DNA of 64,000 bases from Bacteroidota bacterium (GCA_029571985.1 JAKQVC010000160.1:36864-100863), one strand, 5' to 3'. Shown: positions 19,034 to 29,297, counted from the stretch's first letter. Made by a program: numbers and translations. The notes: generated from the letters alone by a model not told the origin.

Positions 19034-20047
19034 TTATACAAACAACTTCTTCTCCAATCCCAACCATTCTAAAGCAGTGCCATGCAGCAACCTGGATTTA
19101 ATAACATCATCGTAAGGCATACTTTCGATGAGTTTACCTGGATGATGTTCACCGAGTGGGAAAGGATAATCACTGCCAAGTGCTAATTGACGTGCGCCAA
19201 ATAAATCCAGCAAATAATTCAGCATCATATCATCATGCACCAAAGTGTCGAGATAAAATTTATTGAGATAGGTGCGTGGATTTACGGCGTTATCCACCGC
19301 AACTAAATCCGGTCGCACATTAAAACCGTGTTCGATTCGTCCGATGGTTGAAGGAAAACTACCTCCGCCATGTGCAAATGCCACACGTAAATTTGGCAGT
19401 CGTTCAAACACACCTCCGAATATCATGGAACAAATAGCCAGAGAAGTTTCTGCCGGCATACCCACTAACCACGGAAGCCAGTATTTATTCATTTTATCTT
19501 TGCCCATCATATCCCAGGGATGCACAAAGATGGCTGCACCAAGCTTTTCAGCCGCTTCAAAAAAAGGAAATAATTCCTCGGCATTTAAATTCCAGTCGTT
19601 TACATGCGACCCGATTTCTATACCCGCCAATCCGAGTTCCTTCACGCAGCGTTCCATTTCCTGAATACTCAATTCGGGATCCTGCAGCGGAACGGTGCCT
19701 AAACCAACAAAGCGTTTTGGGTGACGGGAAACAACCTCTGCAATAAAATCATTTTGAAATCGGGAAGTTTCGAGTGCGTATGCGGCATTTTTTTCCCAAT
19801 AATGAAACATTACGGGAATGGCACTGAGTACCTGCACCTGTACACCGGTTGCATCGCAATCTTCGATACGCACATCGCCATCCCAGCAGTTACTTTTTAT
19901 TTCCCGAAAAAATTTATCGCCCTGCATCATTTTTGCGCAGCCCGGACAATGATGATCGAGATGAATATATCGGTTATCTAAAAATTTCTCACTCCACTTT
20001 GGTAAATGTTCAGGAATGATATGGGTATGAATATCTATTTTCAGCAT
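19034..20047 (-). CDS. 2-amino-3-carboxymuconate-6-semialdehyde decarboxylase (ACMSD)
   Basis: MLKIDIHTHIIP (HxH), MERCVKELG, FVHPWDM, KYWLPWLVGMPAETSLAICSMIFGGVFE, AHGGGSFP and GSDYPFPLGE. From memory these stretches are near-identical to the animal ACMSD sequence. Confidence 0.8.
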   Translation of the reverse strand: MLKIDIHTHIIPEHLPKWSEKFLDNRYIHLDHHCPGCAKMMQGDKFFREIKSNCWDGDVRIEDCDATGVQVQVLSAIPVMFHYWEKNAAYALETSRFQNDFIAEVVSRHPKRFVGLGTVPLQDPELSIQEMERCVKELGLAGIEIGSHVNDWNLNAEELFPFFEAAEKLGAAIFVHPWDMMGKDKMNKYWLPWLVGMPAETSLAICSMIFGGVFERLPNLRVAFAHGGGSFPSTIGRIEHGFNVRPDLVAVDNAVNPRTYLNKFYLDTLVHDDMMLNYLLDLFGARQLALGSDYPFPLGEHHPGKLIESMPYDDVIKSRLLHGTALEWLGLEKKLFV

Positions 20048-20140
20048 AAATACAATACAGAAAAGTCATCGCTGTAAGATGCAGCACAACTCATGAAGAA
20101 AACAACAGCACAAATGCAGGTAACTTTTTAAAACAAACAA

Positions 20141-20659
20141 TTATTTAGGCGGTTCCATCACATGACCACAACTTTTGCAGGTGCGGAGGTCGAGGTTAGC
20201 ATAAAAACTGTTCATAATTACCGGCAATTGACCAACGATATCTTTTAATGGAAAAGTTTCTTCATGTAATTTATTGTTGCATTGTTCGCAAAACCACATA
20301 CATGAATCAAATTCTTTTTCCGTGCGATATCGTTCTATTACCAGTCCAACCGTATTTGCCGGACGTTTAGGGCTATGCGGCACACGTGGAGGCAATAAAA
20401 ACATGTCGCCCTCTTTTATTTCAATATCTCTGCGTTTGCCATCTTCCTGAATCGATACCGTGATATCGCCCTCAACCTGGTAAAATAATTCCTCACCATC
20501 TTCAAAATGAAAATCTTTGCGCGAATTTGGTCCGCCTACTACCATCACAATAAAATCATCATTCAATTTATATACCTGTTGGTTGCCCACCGGTGGTTTA
20601 AGGAGGTGTCGGTTTTCATCAATCCAATTCTTTAAATTAATAGGAGCAGCTATTGCCAT
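20141..20659 (-). CDS. 3-hydroxyanthranilate 3,4-dioxygenase
   Basis: WIDENRHLLKPPVGNQQV, VVGGPN, cupin FHFEDGEELFYQVEGD, FLLPPRVPHSP and VIER motifs, plus the C-terminal CxxC...CxxC (CEQC...CKSC) rubredoxin-like site. Colinear with bacterial NbaC as recalled. Confidence 0.85.
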   Translation of the reverse strand: MAIAAPINLKNWIDENRHLLKPPVGNQQVYKLNDDFIVMVVGGPNSRKDFHFEDGEELFYQVEGDITVSIQEDGKRRDIEIKEGDMFLLPPRVPHSPKRPANTVGLVIERYRTEKEFDSCMWFCEQCNNKLHEETFPLKDIVGQLPVIMNSFYANLDLRTCKSCGHVMEPPK

Positions 20660-20709
20660 GGCTATACATTTTTATTATGTGACGAATGGAGGTAAATTTA
20701 CGCAGAATC

Positions 20710-21501
20710 ATGCATATCAACCTACATCCATACACAGCATTGGTATGCGGCAGTACTCAGGGTATTGGTCGCGCAACCGCACATGCTTTTGCAGAAGCAG
20801 GAGCCCGTGTAATTTTAGCAGCACGCAATCGAGAAAAACTGGAATCAGTATTATCGACTCTGCCCCGGCCGCAACAACAGGCGCATGGTATACTGGTTGC
20901 CGACTTCAGTGAGCCTGAGTCAGTGCGGGCAGCCATCACGGCATTGGTGTCTGATTCTGACAACAGGGTGCATATTTTGGTAAACAATACCGGCGGACCG
21001 GCGGCTGGAAAAATTGCGGAGGCAAAGGAAGAGCAGTTTTTGGCCACCTTTAACCAGCATCTTATCTGCAATCATATATTAGTTAAAGCCCTCCTTCCGG
21101 GAATGCGGGAGAGTGGTTACGGGCGCATTATTAATATTATCAGCACTTCCGTAAAAGTGCCGCTTCCCAATTTGGGTGTTTCCAATACCATACGGGGGGC
21201 AGTGGCCAGTTGGGCAAAAACCTTGGCGAATGAGCTCGGTCAGTACGGTATTACCGTAAATAATGTACTGCCCGGCGCAACTAAAACGGAGCGACTGGCT
21301 GGAATCATCACAGCAAACGCCTCAAAAGCGGCCCAGACTGAGGCGCAGATTGAATCTAAGATGTTGGAGGAAATACCCCTGCGTCGTTTCGCCGAACCCA
21401 CTGAAATAGCCGCTGCAGCTGCCTTTTTGGCCAGTCCGTTAGCAGCCTATATTAATGGTATCAATTTACCGGTTGACGGTGGCAGAACACCTTCTCTCTG
21501 A
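20710..21501 (+). CDS. short-chain dehydrogenase/reductase (SDR, FabG-like)
   Basis: VCGSTQGIGRA cofactor motif, NNTG, and the S...Y-type catalytic region. The start could also be 20686. Confidence 0.85.
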   Translation: MHINLHPYTALVCGSTQGIGRATAHAFAEAGARVILAARNREKLESVLSTLPRPQQQAHGILVADFSEPESVRAAITALVSDSDNRVHILVNNTGGPAAGKIAEAKEEQFLATFNQHLICNHILVKALLPGMRESGYGRIINIISTSVKVPLPNLGVSNTIRGAVASWAKTLANELGQYGITVNNVLPGATKTERLAGIITANASKAAQTEAQIESKMLEEIPLRRFAEPTEIAAAAAFLASPLAAYINGINLPVDGGRTPSL

Positions 21502-21528
21502 GAAAACTTATACGTTGGCGACTACCAA

Positions 21529-22035
21529 TCAATGTTGATGTCCACCGGGTCCATGCACATGACCGTGCTCGAGTTCTTCAGCAGAAGCATCGCGGATATC
21601 AAGGATTTCACCGGAAAAATGCAGGTTTACACCGGCTAAAGGATGATTGAAGTCTAACAACACTTCAGCTTCACCCACTTCGGCAACACGTGCTCTAACG
21701 AGGTGACCATCCTGATCGCGGAGGTTTACCAAACGATCGGGCTGGAGCATATCTTCTGCCAGTTTACCGTCGATAACGAAGATTTCTTTTGGTACATATT
21801 CAAGTGCACCTTCGTCAAATTCGCCATAGGCATTAGCTGCCAATATCTGGAAAGCGAATTTTGACCCGATAACCTTACCTTCAAGGTTGCTTTCAAATTC
21901 TGGTAATAAACCACCGGCACCAAACAGGAATACAAAAGGCTGATCGGCCTTTACTACCTCAATCAAATCGCCGGTTTCGTTGTCCTGACGGAGTTCGTAG
22001 GTCAGGGAGACAACCTTGTTTTTTGCAATAGACAT
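21529..22035 (-). CDS. slyD: FKBP-type peptidyl-prolyl isomerase SlyD with a His-rich C-terminal tail
   Basis: N-terminus KVVSLTYELR, an IF-domain insertion, HPLAG, and the tail EHGHVHGPGGHQH. Confidence 0.85.
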   Translation of the reverse strand: MSIAKNKVVSLTYELRQDNETGDLIEVVKADQPFVFLFGAGGLLPEFESNLEGKVIGSKFAFQILAANAYGEFDEGALEYVPKEIFVIDGKLAEDMLQPDRLVNLRDQDGHLVRARVAEVGEAEVLLDFNHPLAGVNLHFSGEILDIRDASAEELEHGHVHGPGGHQH

Positions 22036-22143
22036 GCTTTAAAATTTGTTAAGTTCGCAAAGATAGGTATAAAAACGACCTAATCCCGCACGATTTTTGC
22101 TGCATACTGGCCGGTAGCAAGCACTGTGATTGCCCAAAATCAT

Positions 22144-22151
22144 TAGTTTTG
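22144..22151 (+). promoter_or_regulatory. candidate -7 promoter box (TAGTTTTG)
   Basis: TAnnTTTG match 45 nt upstream of the ATG at 22196. Confidence 0.3.
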
Positions 22152-22195
22152 CATCCCTTACTGACAAAACCAGACTTAAATCTATACTTCCACAT

Positions 22196-24157
22196 ATGAA
22201 ACTGAACATGGTTAAAACATGCATTCTGCTTGTAGCCGGCTTTACCATGGCAACGGCTCAGGCACAATCTACCGGAAATGATCCTGTATTATTCACTGTT
22301 GCAGGTCAGCCTGTAACGAAGGAGGAATTCCTGTATGTATACAAGAAAAACAACCCGGATAAACAAAACGATTACAGTCGCGAGAGTCTTCAGGAATATC
22401 TCGACTTGTACGTTAATTTCAAATTAAAGGTTACGGAAGCCCGTGCTGAAAAAATTGACACCACTGAAAAAGTGCGTGAAGAATTGCAAAAGTATGGCGA
22501 CCAGTTAATCAAATCGAACTTTGATAAAGAAGTGTTGGATCAGGCGGCGCAGAAAATGTATGCCGACATGCAAACTGAACGCCTTGTTTATCATATTATG
22601 ATTGCGGTTGATTTCAAAGCAACCGGCGTGGATACAATGGCTGCCATTACTAAATTAAAGCAGGCAAGAGAGCGACTCGCAAAAGGTGAATCATTTGCAA
22701 AAGTTGCTAAAGAAGTGAGCACAGATAAATCGAATCCGAATGACCCCGGTTTAATTGGCTGGTTTCTAAAGGGTCAGATTAATAATGAGGTTTTTGACAA
22801 AACGATTTTCAGCACACCTGTTGGAGGTTATTCTGATGTAATTAAAACCAGTATTGGTTACCATATTGTTTATGTGCCTAAATCGCGTCCTAATCAGGGC
22901 ACGACCACCGTTGAGCATATTTTAATTCGCACACCAAAAGAGGCTAAACCGGAAGATATCAATAAGGCGAAGAAAAAGGCTGACAGCTTATATGCTGTAA
23001 TCACAGCCGGTGGCGCCACATTTGAAGAAATCGCCACAAAATATTCTGACGATAAAACCTCTGCAGCAAAAGGCGGTTTACTGGATGCATTCGGAACCGG
23101 TAAAATGGTTTATACTTTCCAGGAAGCAGCTTACGCACTGAAAAATCCGAACGATATCAGTGCTCCGGTGCAATCTTCTTATGGCTGGCATATTATCAAA
23201 TTGATTGAGCATAAGCCTTTAGCCAGCTTTGAGGAAATGAAAGCAGAATTAAAATCCAGCGTCGAAAAAAGCCCTGAATACAAAACAATTCGTACCGACT
23301 TTGTAAACAACGCAAAAGCACGCTATACGTTTACTGAATATCCGGATGCTAAAAAAGAATTGTTGGCAAAATTGGATTCAGCTTTTGTAAAAAGTACATG
23401 GAACATGCACCAGGCTGATGGTTTGAATAAAGTATTGTTTACCATCGGTAACAGAAATTATACCCAGACGGATATGGCTTCTTACCTCGAAATTAATCAG
23501 CGTGTTTACCGAGATAAGAGCATTGAAGAAAAATACAACAAACTGTATACACTGGCAGTTGAGCAAGTGGTGATTGAGTATGATTTAAGCGAACGCAACG
23601 TTGACTTCCGCAGATTGCTGCAGGAATACCGCGACGGATTGCCTCTGTTTGCCATGTTAGAGCGTAAAATTTGGAGTAGAGGTTCTACAGATTCTGTTGG
23701 TTTACGCAACTATTATGAGATGCATAAAACAGAATATATGTGGCAGGAACGTGTAGAGGCTACTACTTATATCTGTAAGGATACCAAAACAGCTAAAGCT
23801 GTTCGCAAAATGGCCGGTAAAAATGCCAGCGATAAAGAAATTATGTCCAAGTTCAATAAAGACAGTCTTGAATTGGTAACTGTAAAAACGGCTTTATATA
23901 TGCCGGGACAAGACAGCAACGTAGATAACCTGAACAAAACGCCAGGTATAGGTGCTGATATTTTGAATGCAGATGGTTCTATCACTTTTGTGAAATTGAA
24001 TAAGGTAATTCCTCCAACACCAAAATCATTGGATGAGGCACGCGGCTATGTGATTTCTGCTTATCAGGATCAGTTAGAAAAAGAATGGATTGAAGAGTTA
24101 CATAAAAAATATACGGTAACGATCGACCAGAAGGTATTTAATTCAATGGTACATTAA
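22196..24157 (+). CDS. periplasmic peptidyl-prolyl isomerase/chaperone (PpiD/SurA-like, two parvulin domains)
   Basis: The ATG at 22196 gives the signal peptide MKLNMVKTCILLVAGFTMATAQA. Parvulin signatures IGYHIVYV and YGWHIIKLIE. Confidence 0.8.
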   Translation: MKLNMVKTCILLVAGFTMATAQAQSTGNDPVLFTVAGQPVTKEEFLYVYKKNNPDKQNDYSRESLQEYLDLYVNFKLKVTEARAEKIDTTEKVREELQKYGDQLIKSNFDKEVLDQAAQKMYADMQTERLVYHIMIAVDFKATGVDTMAAITKLKQARERLAKGESFAKVAKEVSTDKSNPNDPGLIGWFLKGQINNEVFDKTIFSTPVGGYSDVIKTSIGYHIVYVPKSRPNQGTTTVEHILIRTPKEAKPEDINKAKKKADSLYAVITAGGATFEEIATKYSDDKTSAAKGGLLDAFGTGKMVYTFQEAAYALKNPNDISAPVQSSYGWHIIKLIEHKPLASFEEMKAELKSSVEKSPEYKTIRTDFVNNAKARYTFTEYPDAKKELLAKLDSAFVKSTWNMHQADGLNKVLFTIGNRNYTQTDMASYLEINQRVYRDKSIEEKYNKLYTLAVEQVVIEYDLSERNVDFRRLLQEYRDGLPLFAMLERKIWSRGSTDSVGLRNYYEMHKTEYMWQERVEATTYICKDTKTAKAVRKMAGKNASDKEIMSKFNKDSLELVTVKTALYMPGQDSNVDNLNKTPGIGADILNADGSITFVKLNKVIPPTPKSLDEARGYVISAYQDQLEKEWIEELHKKYTVTIDQKVFNSMVH

Positions 24158-24161
24158 TACA

Positions 24162-25022
24162 TTGATTCTAAGAAATGTTTCCATAGCGCTGTTATCGGCA
24201 CTTTCGTTACTCTCCTGTAAGAATCCAAAGCCGGAGAAAAACGAAGAGCCGATAGCACGCGTATATGATACATTTTTATATGCATCTGATGTGGCGGCGC
24301 TGGTAGCAGAAGGTACCAAGCCGGAGGATAGTGCGGCGATAGTAGATGCCTTTATTGAAGGCTGGATCAGACAACAACTCATTTTGCGTGTTGCAGAGGA
24401 TAATCTGCAAACCGCCATGGCCAAAATTGATCGCCAGGCTGAAGAATACCGCCAGAGTCTGATTATGTATGCTTATGAACGACAGTTCCTGGCAGAAAAC
24501 TTGGATACAGTAGTGGTAGATGACAGTATTCAGGCCTATTTCAATACGCATCAGCAGGATTTTATTTTATCCTCAGACATTTACAAGGTAAATTATGTGG
24601 TAGTGCCTAAGGCTGATAAAACAGCTGATTCGGTATTGTATTGGTTCTCAAGAGGCGTTGAAAAATACCGTTTGCCATTTGAGCGTTATTGTGCGGCACA
24701 TGCCGATCGGTTTTCGCTGAACGCGGATGTATGGCTCAATACCAACGACCTGTTTAGCCTGTTGCCATACGATATGTATGCAGGAGGCCGGTTTCGTTCA
24801 AAGGCTCCGGTGAGTTACAGCGATACTTCAAATCGGTATTTTGCGTTAGTACAGGATTATTATACCGAAGGAAGTATGGGCCCATTTGATTATTTTGCTG
24901 AGGATATTCGGGATATTATCATTAATAAACGGAAAAAGGAATTATTGACTGCAACCTACCAACGTATTTATACGGAAGGCATGAAACGTGAAAATGCAGA
25001 AATTTTAAAAGAAGACGAATGA
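24162..25022 (+). CDS. hypothetical lipoprotein in the PPIase operon (SurA-N-like chaperone module?)
   Basis: Lipoprotein-like signal (LSALSLLSC). Begins 4 nt after the upstream stop and overlaps the next start by ATGA, so it is in the operon. No parvulin motif seen. Confidence 0.55.
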   Translation: MILRNVSIALLSALSLLSCKNPKPEKNEEPIARVYDTFLYASDVAALVAEGTKPEDSAAIVDAFIEGWIRQQLILRVAEDNLQTAMAKIDRQAEEYRQSLIMYAYERQFLAENLDTVVVDDSIQAYFNTHQQDFILSSDIYKVNYVVVPKADKTADSVLYWFSRGVEKYRLPFERYCAAHADRFSLNADVWLNTNDLFSLLPYDMYAGGRFRSKAPVSYSDTSNRYFALVQDYYTEGSMGPFDYFAEDIRDIIINKRKKELLTATYQRIYTEGMKRENAEILKEDE

Positions 25023-26350
25023 AAAAGTGTATTATGACCTGTTTGTTGCTGATGCCTTTAATTATGCAGGCACAGACAGTTGACAAAATCGTAGCTCAGG
25101 TAGGCGACAAAATTATTTTGATGAGTGAGGTAGAGTCTTACTATTATGAGGCTTTGCAGCAGGGCGAAGTGCCTGAAGACTATCGTTGTTATATTCTGCA
25201 GGAGTTGATTTCGCAAAAGTTGATGTTGATTCAGGCGCAGAAAGATAGTGTTGAAGTTACCGATGGTGAGGTGGAGGATAATATTAATAATCGTATCCGC
25301 TATTTTGAAAGTTTGTTTGGATCGCAGGAGAAGATGGAGGAGTTTTATGGAAAGTCTATTCAGGAAATCAAGGAAGAGTTTCAGGATGATGTGCGCAATA
25401 TGTTGTTGGTAGAAAAAATGCGTGGCAACATTCTAGGCACCATGTCTGTTTCACCAAATGAGGTTAAGTCATTCTACAACACCATTCCTCAGGATTCATT
25501 ACCCTACATTAATGCCGAAGTAGAATACGCGCAGCTGCTGCTCATACCTAAGGCAAATGCGGAGCAGAAAAAAATAGCTTACGATAAAGCGGTGGATATT
25601 TTAAAGCGTTTGCGTGCGGGAGAAGATTTTTGCTTGCTGGCTGAATTATATTCTAAAGATGGTTCTAAAGATAATTGTGGTGATTTAGGCTGTCAGACAC
25701 GTGAAACGTTTGTTACTGAATTTTCAGCTGCTGCATTTAAATTGCAACCGGGTGAAATCAGCGAAATCGTTGAAACCCAGTTTGGATATCACATTATTAA
25801 AATGGAAAGCCGCCAGGGGGATAAAGCCTGTTTGCGACATATTCTCATTATGCCTCCTGTTACCAATTTAAATTTGGTGGCTGCAGGGAAACAAATGGAT
25901 AGCATACGCGCAGAAATCATGGCCGGTAATATCAGTTTTTGTGATGCGGCAAAAAAATTCTCCGATGACGCAGAAACCGCGAAAACGTGCGGCATCGTGC
26001 TGAACCCGCAAACTGGTGGAAGTCGTTTTGAAATTTCAGAACTTGCACCGGACGATTATTATTCAATTGAGAACCTGAAAGAAGGTGAAATTTCACAGGT
26101 ATTGCCCTATACCAGTGCTGATGGGAAAAAAGGTGTGCGAATTATTATGTTGAATGACCAGTCGCAACCACACGTCATGAACCTGAAAGATGATTATGCC
26201 CGCCTGCAGCAATTTACGCAAAATAAAAAAGAACAGGAGGCCATGATTGAATGGATAAAATCAAAGGCAGAGCGTGAGTATATTCGCATCGACGAAAGTT
26301 ATACCGGCTGCTCAACCCTGGAAGAAATGATGAATAAGGCAGGCAATTAA
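25019..26350 (+). CDS. surA: peptidyl-prolyl isomerase SurA-like
   Basis: Signal peptide, then a SurA N-terminal-type region (VDKIVAQVGDKIILMSEV) and the parvulin signature FGYHIIKMES. Confidence 0.8.
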   Translation: MKKCIMTCLLLMPLIMQAQTVDKIVAQVGDKIILMSEVESYYYEALQQGEVPEDYRCYILQELISQKLMLIQAQKDSVEVTDGEVEDNINNRIRYFESLFGSQEKMEEFYGKSIQEIKEEFQDDVRNMLLVEKMRGNILGTMSVSPNEVKSFYNTIPQDSLPYINAEVEYAQLLLIPKANAEQKKIAYDKAVDILKRLRAGEDFCLLAELYSKDGSKDNCGDLGCQTRETFVTEFSAAAFKLQPGEISEIVETQFGYHIIKMESRQGDKACLRHILIMPPVTNLNLVAAGKQMDSIRAEIMAGNISFCDAAKKFSDDAETAKTCGIVLNPQTGGSRFEISELAPDDYYSIENLKEGEISQVLPYTSADGKKGVRIIMLNDQSQPHVMNLKDDYARLQQFTQNKKEQEAMIEWIKSKAEREYIRIDESYTGCSTLEEMMNKAGN

Positions 26351-26367
26351 ATTGAAAAGATAACGCC

Positions 26368-27333
26368 ATGACAACTTTTAAAAGTGATGTAGAAGCTATT
26401 GATGCATTATCGGCTGATTTTAAGAAGCTGAATGCAGAGATTGGGAAAGTGATTATCGGACAGGACGAGGTGGTGCAACACGTGCTCATGAGCATCTTCA
26501 GCGATGGTCATAGCTTGTTGGTAGGCGTACCGGGTTTGGCAAAAACACTTTTGATTAAAACCATTGCTGATGCCTTACACTTATCCTTTAAACGTATACA
26601 ATTTACTCCGGATCTGATGCCAAGCGATATCACCGGCGCTGAAATTCTGGATGAGCATCGCAATTTTAAATTTATCAGGGGTCCTATTTTCGCCAATATC
26701 ATTCTGGCAGATGAAATTAACCGTACCCCGCCTAAAACACAGGCGGCGCTGTTAGAGGCCATGCAGGAAAAAAATGTGACCATTGGTGGCCACTTACATA
26801 TTTTAGATAAACCATTTTTCGTACTGGCTACGCAGAACCCTATCGAGCAGGAAGGTACTTATCCATTGCCTGAAGCGCAGCTTGATCGCTTTATGTTTAA
26901 TATCGTTTTAGATTATCCTGCTTTTGAGGCTGAATTACAAATTGTACGCAGCACAACCAGTGATACGAAAACCGAATTGAATAAAGTTATCGGTGCGGAA
27001 GAAATTACAGCCTATCAGCATGTTATCAGACGGATTCCGGTAACAGATACCGTTTTGCAGTATGCAGTAGGTCTCGTCAGTAAAACCAGGCCTAATACAG
27101 CCATGGCACATGCGAAAACTAACCAATACCTCAGTTGGGGTGCAGGGCCTCGTGCTTCGCAATACCTGATTCTTGGTGCAAAATGTCATGCCGCAACGCA
27201 TGGTAAGTATGCTCCGGATATAGAAGATGTTAAGGCAGTGGCTATGCCCGTTTTACGTCACCGCATCGTTCGCAACTACAAGGCTGAGGCTGATGGCGTA
27301 GGTGTTGAAGATATTATTCGCGAATTGATGTGA
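26368..27333 (+). CDS. MoxR-family AAA+ ATPase
   Basis: Walker A LLVGVPGLAKT, Walker B ILADEINR, FFVLATQNPIEQEGTYPLPEAQLDRF. Confidence 0.9.
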   Translation: MTTFKSDVEAIDALSADFKKLNAEIGKVIIGQDEVVQHVLMSIFSDGHSLLVGVPGLAKTLLIKTIADALHLSFKRIQFTPDLMPSDITGAEILDEHRNFKFIRGPIFANIILADEINRTPPKTQAALLEAMQEKNVTIGGHLHILDKPFFVLATQNPIEQEGTYPLPEAQLDRFMFNIVLDYPAFEAELQIVRSTTSDTKTELNKVIGAEEITAYQHVIRRIPVTDTVLQYAVGLVSKTRPNTAMAHAKTNQYLSWGAGPRASQYLILGAKCHAATHGKYAPDIEDVKAVAMPVLRHRIVRNYKAEADGVGVEDIIRELM

Positions 27334-27365
27334 TGTTTCTCTCCGGGTTTTATAAGGGGATTTGG

Positions 27366-27373
27366 TAACTTTG
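27366..27373 (+). promoter_or_regulatory. candidate -7 promoter box (TAACTTTG)
   Basis: TAnnTTTG match 25 nt upstream of the GTG start at 27399. Confidence 0.3.
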
Positions 27374-27398
27374 CCCTTATTCATCCAATTCTTAACGC

Positions 27399-29297
27399 GT
27401 GAGTGACCAAATCAAGCATGAATGTGGCATTGCCCTCATTCGATTGCTCAAACCGCTATCCTATTATCATGAAAAATATGGCACTCCACTGTATGGCCTG
27501 AATAAGCTGTACCTGCTCATGGAGAAAGAGCACAACCGCGGTCAGGATGGCGCTGGTATCGCAGCAATAAAAATCGATCAAAAACCCGGATTTAAATATT
27601 ACGATCGTAAACGCAGTATTTCCCCATCTGCCATCAAGGACATCTTTTTTGAGGTGTTCAGAAAAGCAGCTAAGCTTGAACGTAAAAATCCGGATTTATA
27701 TCATGATGCTGACTGGGCTAAACAAAATGTACCCTTTGCCGGTGAAGTTTTATTAGGCCACCTGCGTTATGGCACTTATGGCAGAAATGATATCGACTCT
27801 TGTCACCCGTTTGTACGTGAGAATAACTGGATTACCCGCACCTTATTAGTGGCAGGTAATTTTAATATGGTAAACAATGATCAATTGTTTCAGCAATTAA
27901 CCGAATTGGGACAACATCCTACACAATTTGTGGATACCGTAACGGTTATGGAAAAAATTGGTCACTTTTTGGATGATGAAGTGCAGCGGTTGTTTGATGA
28001 AAAGAAAGAATATCACGACAATAAAACACTCAGCAATATCATCGGAAACGATTTGGATATTCAACGTGTGTTAACCCGCGCTGCAAAGGATTTTGAAGGG
28101 GGCTATGCCATGACCGGACTATTTGGCCACGGCGATGCTTTTGTTTTGCGCGATCCGAATGGTATTCGTCCGGTTTATTTTTATCACGATGATGAAGTGG
28201 TGGTTGCCGCGAGCGAACGACCTGCTATCATGACTACATTTAATGTTCCGTTTGAAAAAGTTAAAGAACTTACACCGGGACATGCCCTTATCATCAAAAA
28301 GAAGGGAACGGTAAAAGAAGCACAGTGCCTGATGCCGCGCGAACGAAAAAGTTGCAGTTTTGAACGTATTTATTTTAGTCGCGGAAACGACAAAGAGATT
28401 TACGCAGAGCGCAAAGAGTTAGGTCGTCTGTTGACACAAAAAGTATTGCAAACTGTAAATTACGATTACGAGCATACCATTTTTTCCTTCATTCCAAATA
28501 CAGCTGAAACAGCCTTTTATGGTATGATGAAGGGTTTGGAACAGCATTTAAATGATTGGAAAATTGCTGAAATCAAACGCCTCAACGGTAATCAAACCGA
28601 TGCAGAATTACATCGTATCCTCAATATGCGTCCCCGTGTAGAAAAACTGGCACATAAGGATGTGAAAATGCGCACGTTTATCACAAATGATAGCGACAGG
28701 GGTGAATTAGTAAGTCACGTATATGATATTACCTACGGACAAATTAATGACCGGGTAGATTCTATCGTGCTGATAGACGACAGTATCGTGCGCGGTACCA
28801 CGCTTAAGCAGAGTATTATTGCCATCTTGGATCGTTTAAGCCCTAAAAAAATTGTCATTGTTTCATCGGCACCTCAAATCAGATACCCGGATTGTTACGG
28901 CATCGACATGAGTAAAATGGGCGATTTTGTGGCCTTCAGGGCGATGATTGATTTATTGGAAGAATCGGGTAAGTCGCATATGATTCAGGAGGTGTATGAC
29001 GAGTGTAAGCATATCGACACACTTCCGAATGAGAAGACATATAATGCTGTAAAAAAATTATACGAGCAATTTACCTATGAGGAAATCTCAGCCCGCATAG
29101 CCAAAATTGTTAAAGCCAGTCATATCCGTGCTGAAGTTGAAGTGGTTTATCAATCAGTCGACGATCTGCATAAAGCTTGTCCAAGGAATCTGGGCGACTG
29201 GTACTTCACCGGCGATTATCCTACGCCGGGAGGAAACAAAGTAGCCAACAGAGCCTTTATGAATTGGGTTGAAAAGAAGGATGTGCGCGCTTATTGA
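27399..29297 (+). CDS. purF: amidophosphoribosyltransferase (long Bacteroidota-type, class II glutamine amidotransferase)
   Basis: GTG start. Ntn Cys in ...KHECGIALIRL, NRGQDGAGIA, and the PRPP-binding loop VLIDDSIVRGTT. Confidence 0.85.
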   Translation: MSDQIKHECGIALIRLLKPLSYYHEKYGTPLYGLNKLYLLMEKEHNRGQDGAGIAAIKIDQKPGFKYYDRKRSISPSAIKDIFFEVFRKAAKLERKNPDLYHDADWAKQNVPFAGEVLLGHLRYGTYGRNDIDSCHPFVRENNWITRTLLVAGNFNMVNNDQLFQQLTELGQHPTQFVDTVTVMEKIGHFLDDEVQRLFDEKKEYHDNKTLSNIIGNDLDIQRVLTRAAKDFEGGYAMTGLFGHGDAFVLRDPNGIRPVYFYHDDEVVVAASERPAIMTTFNVPFEKVKELTPGHALIIKKKGTVKEAQCLMPRERKSCSFERIYFSRGNDKEIYAERKELGRLLTQKVLQTVNYDYEHTIFSFIPNTAETAFYGMMKGLEQHLNDWKIAEIKRLNGNQTDAELHRILNMRPRVEKLAHKDVKMRTFITNDSDRGELVSHVYDITYGQINDRVDSIVLIDDSIVRGTTLKQSIIAILDRLSPKKIVIVSSAPQIRYPDCYGIDMSKMGDFVAFRAMIDLLEESGKSHMIQEVYDECKHIDTLPNEKTYNAVKKLYEQFTYEEISARIAKIVKASHIRAEVEVVYQSVDDLHKACPRNLGDWYFTGDYPTPGGNKVANRAFMNWVEKKDVRAY

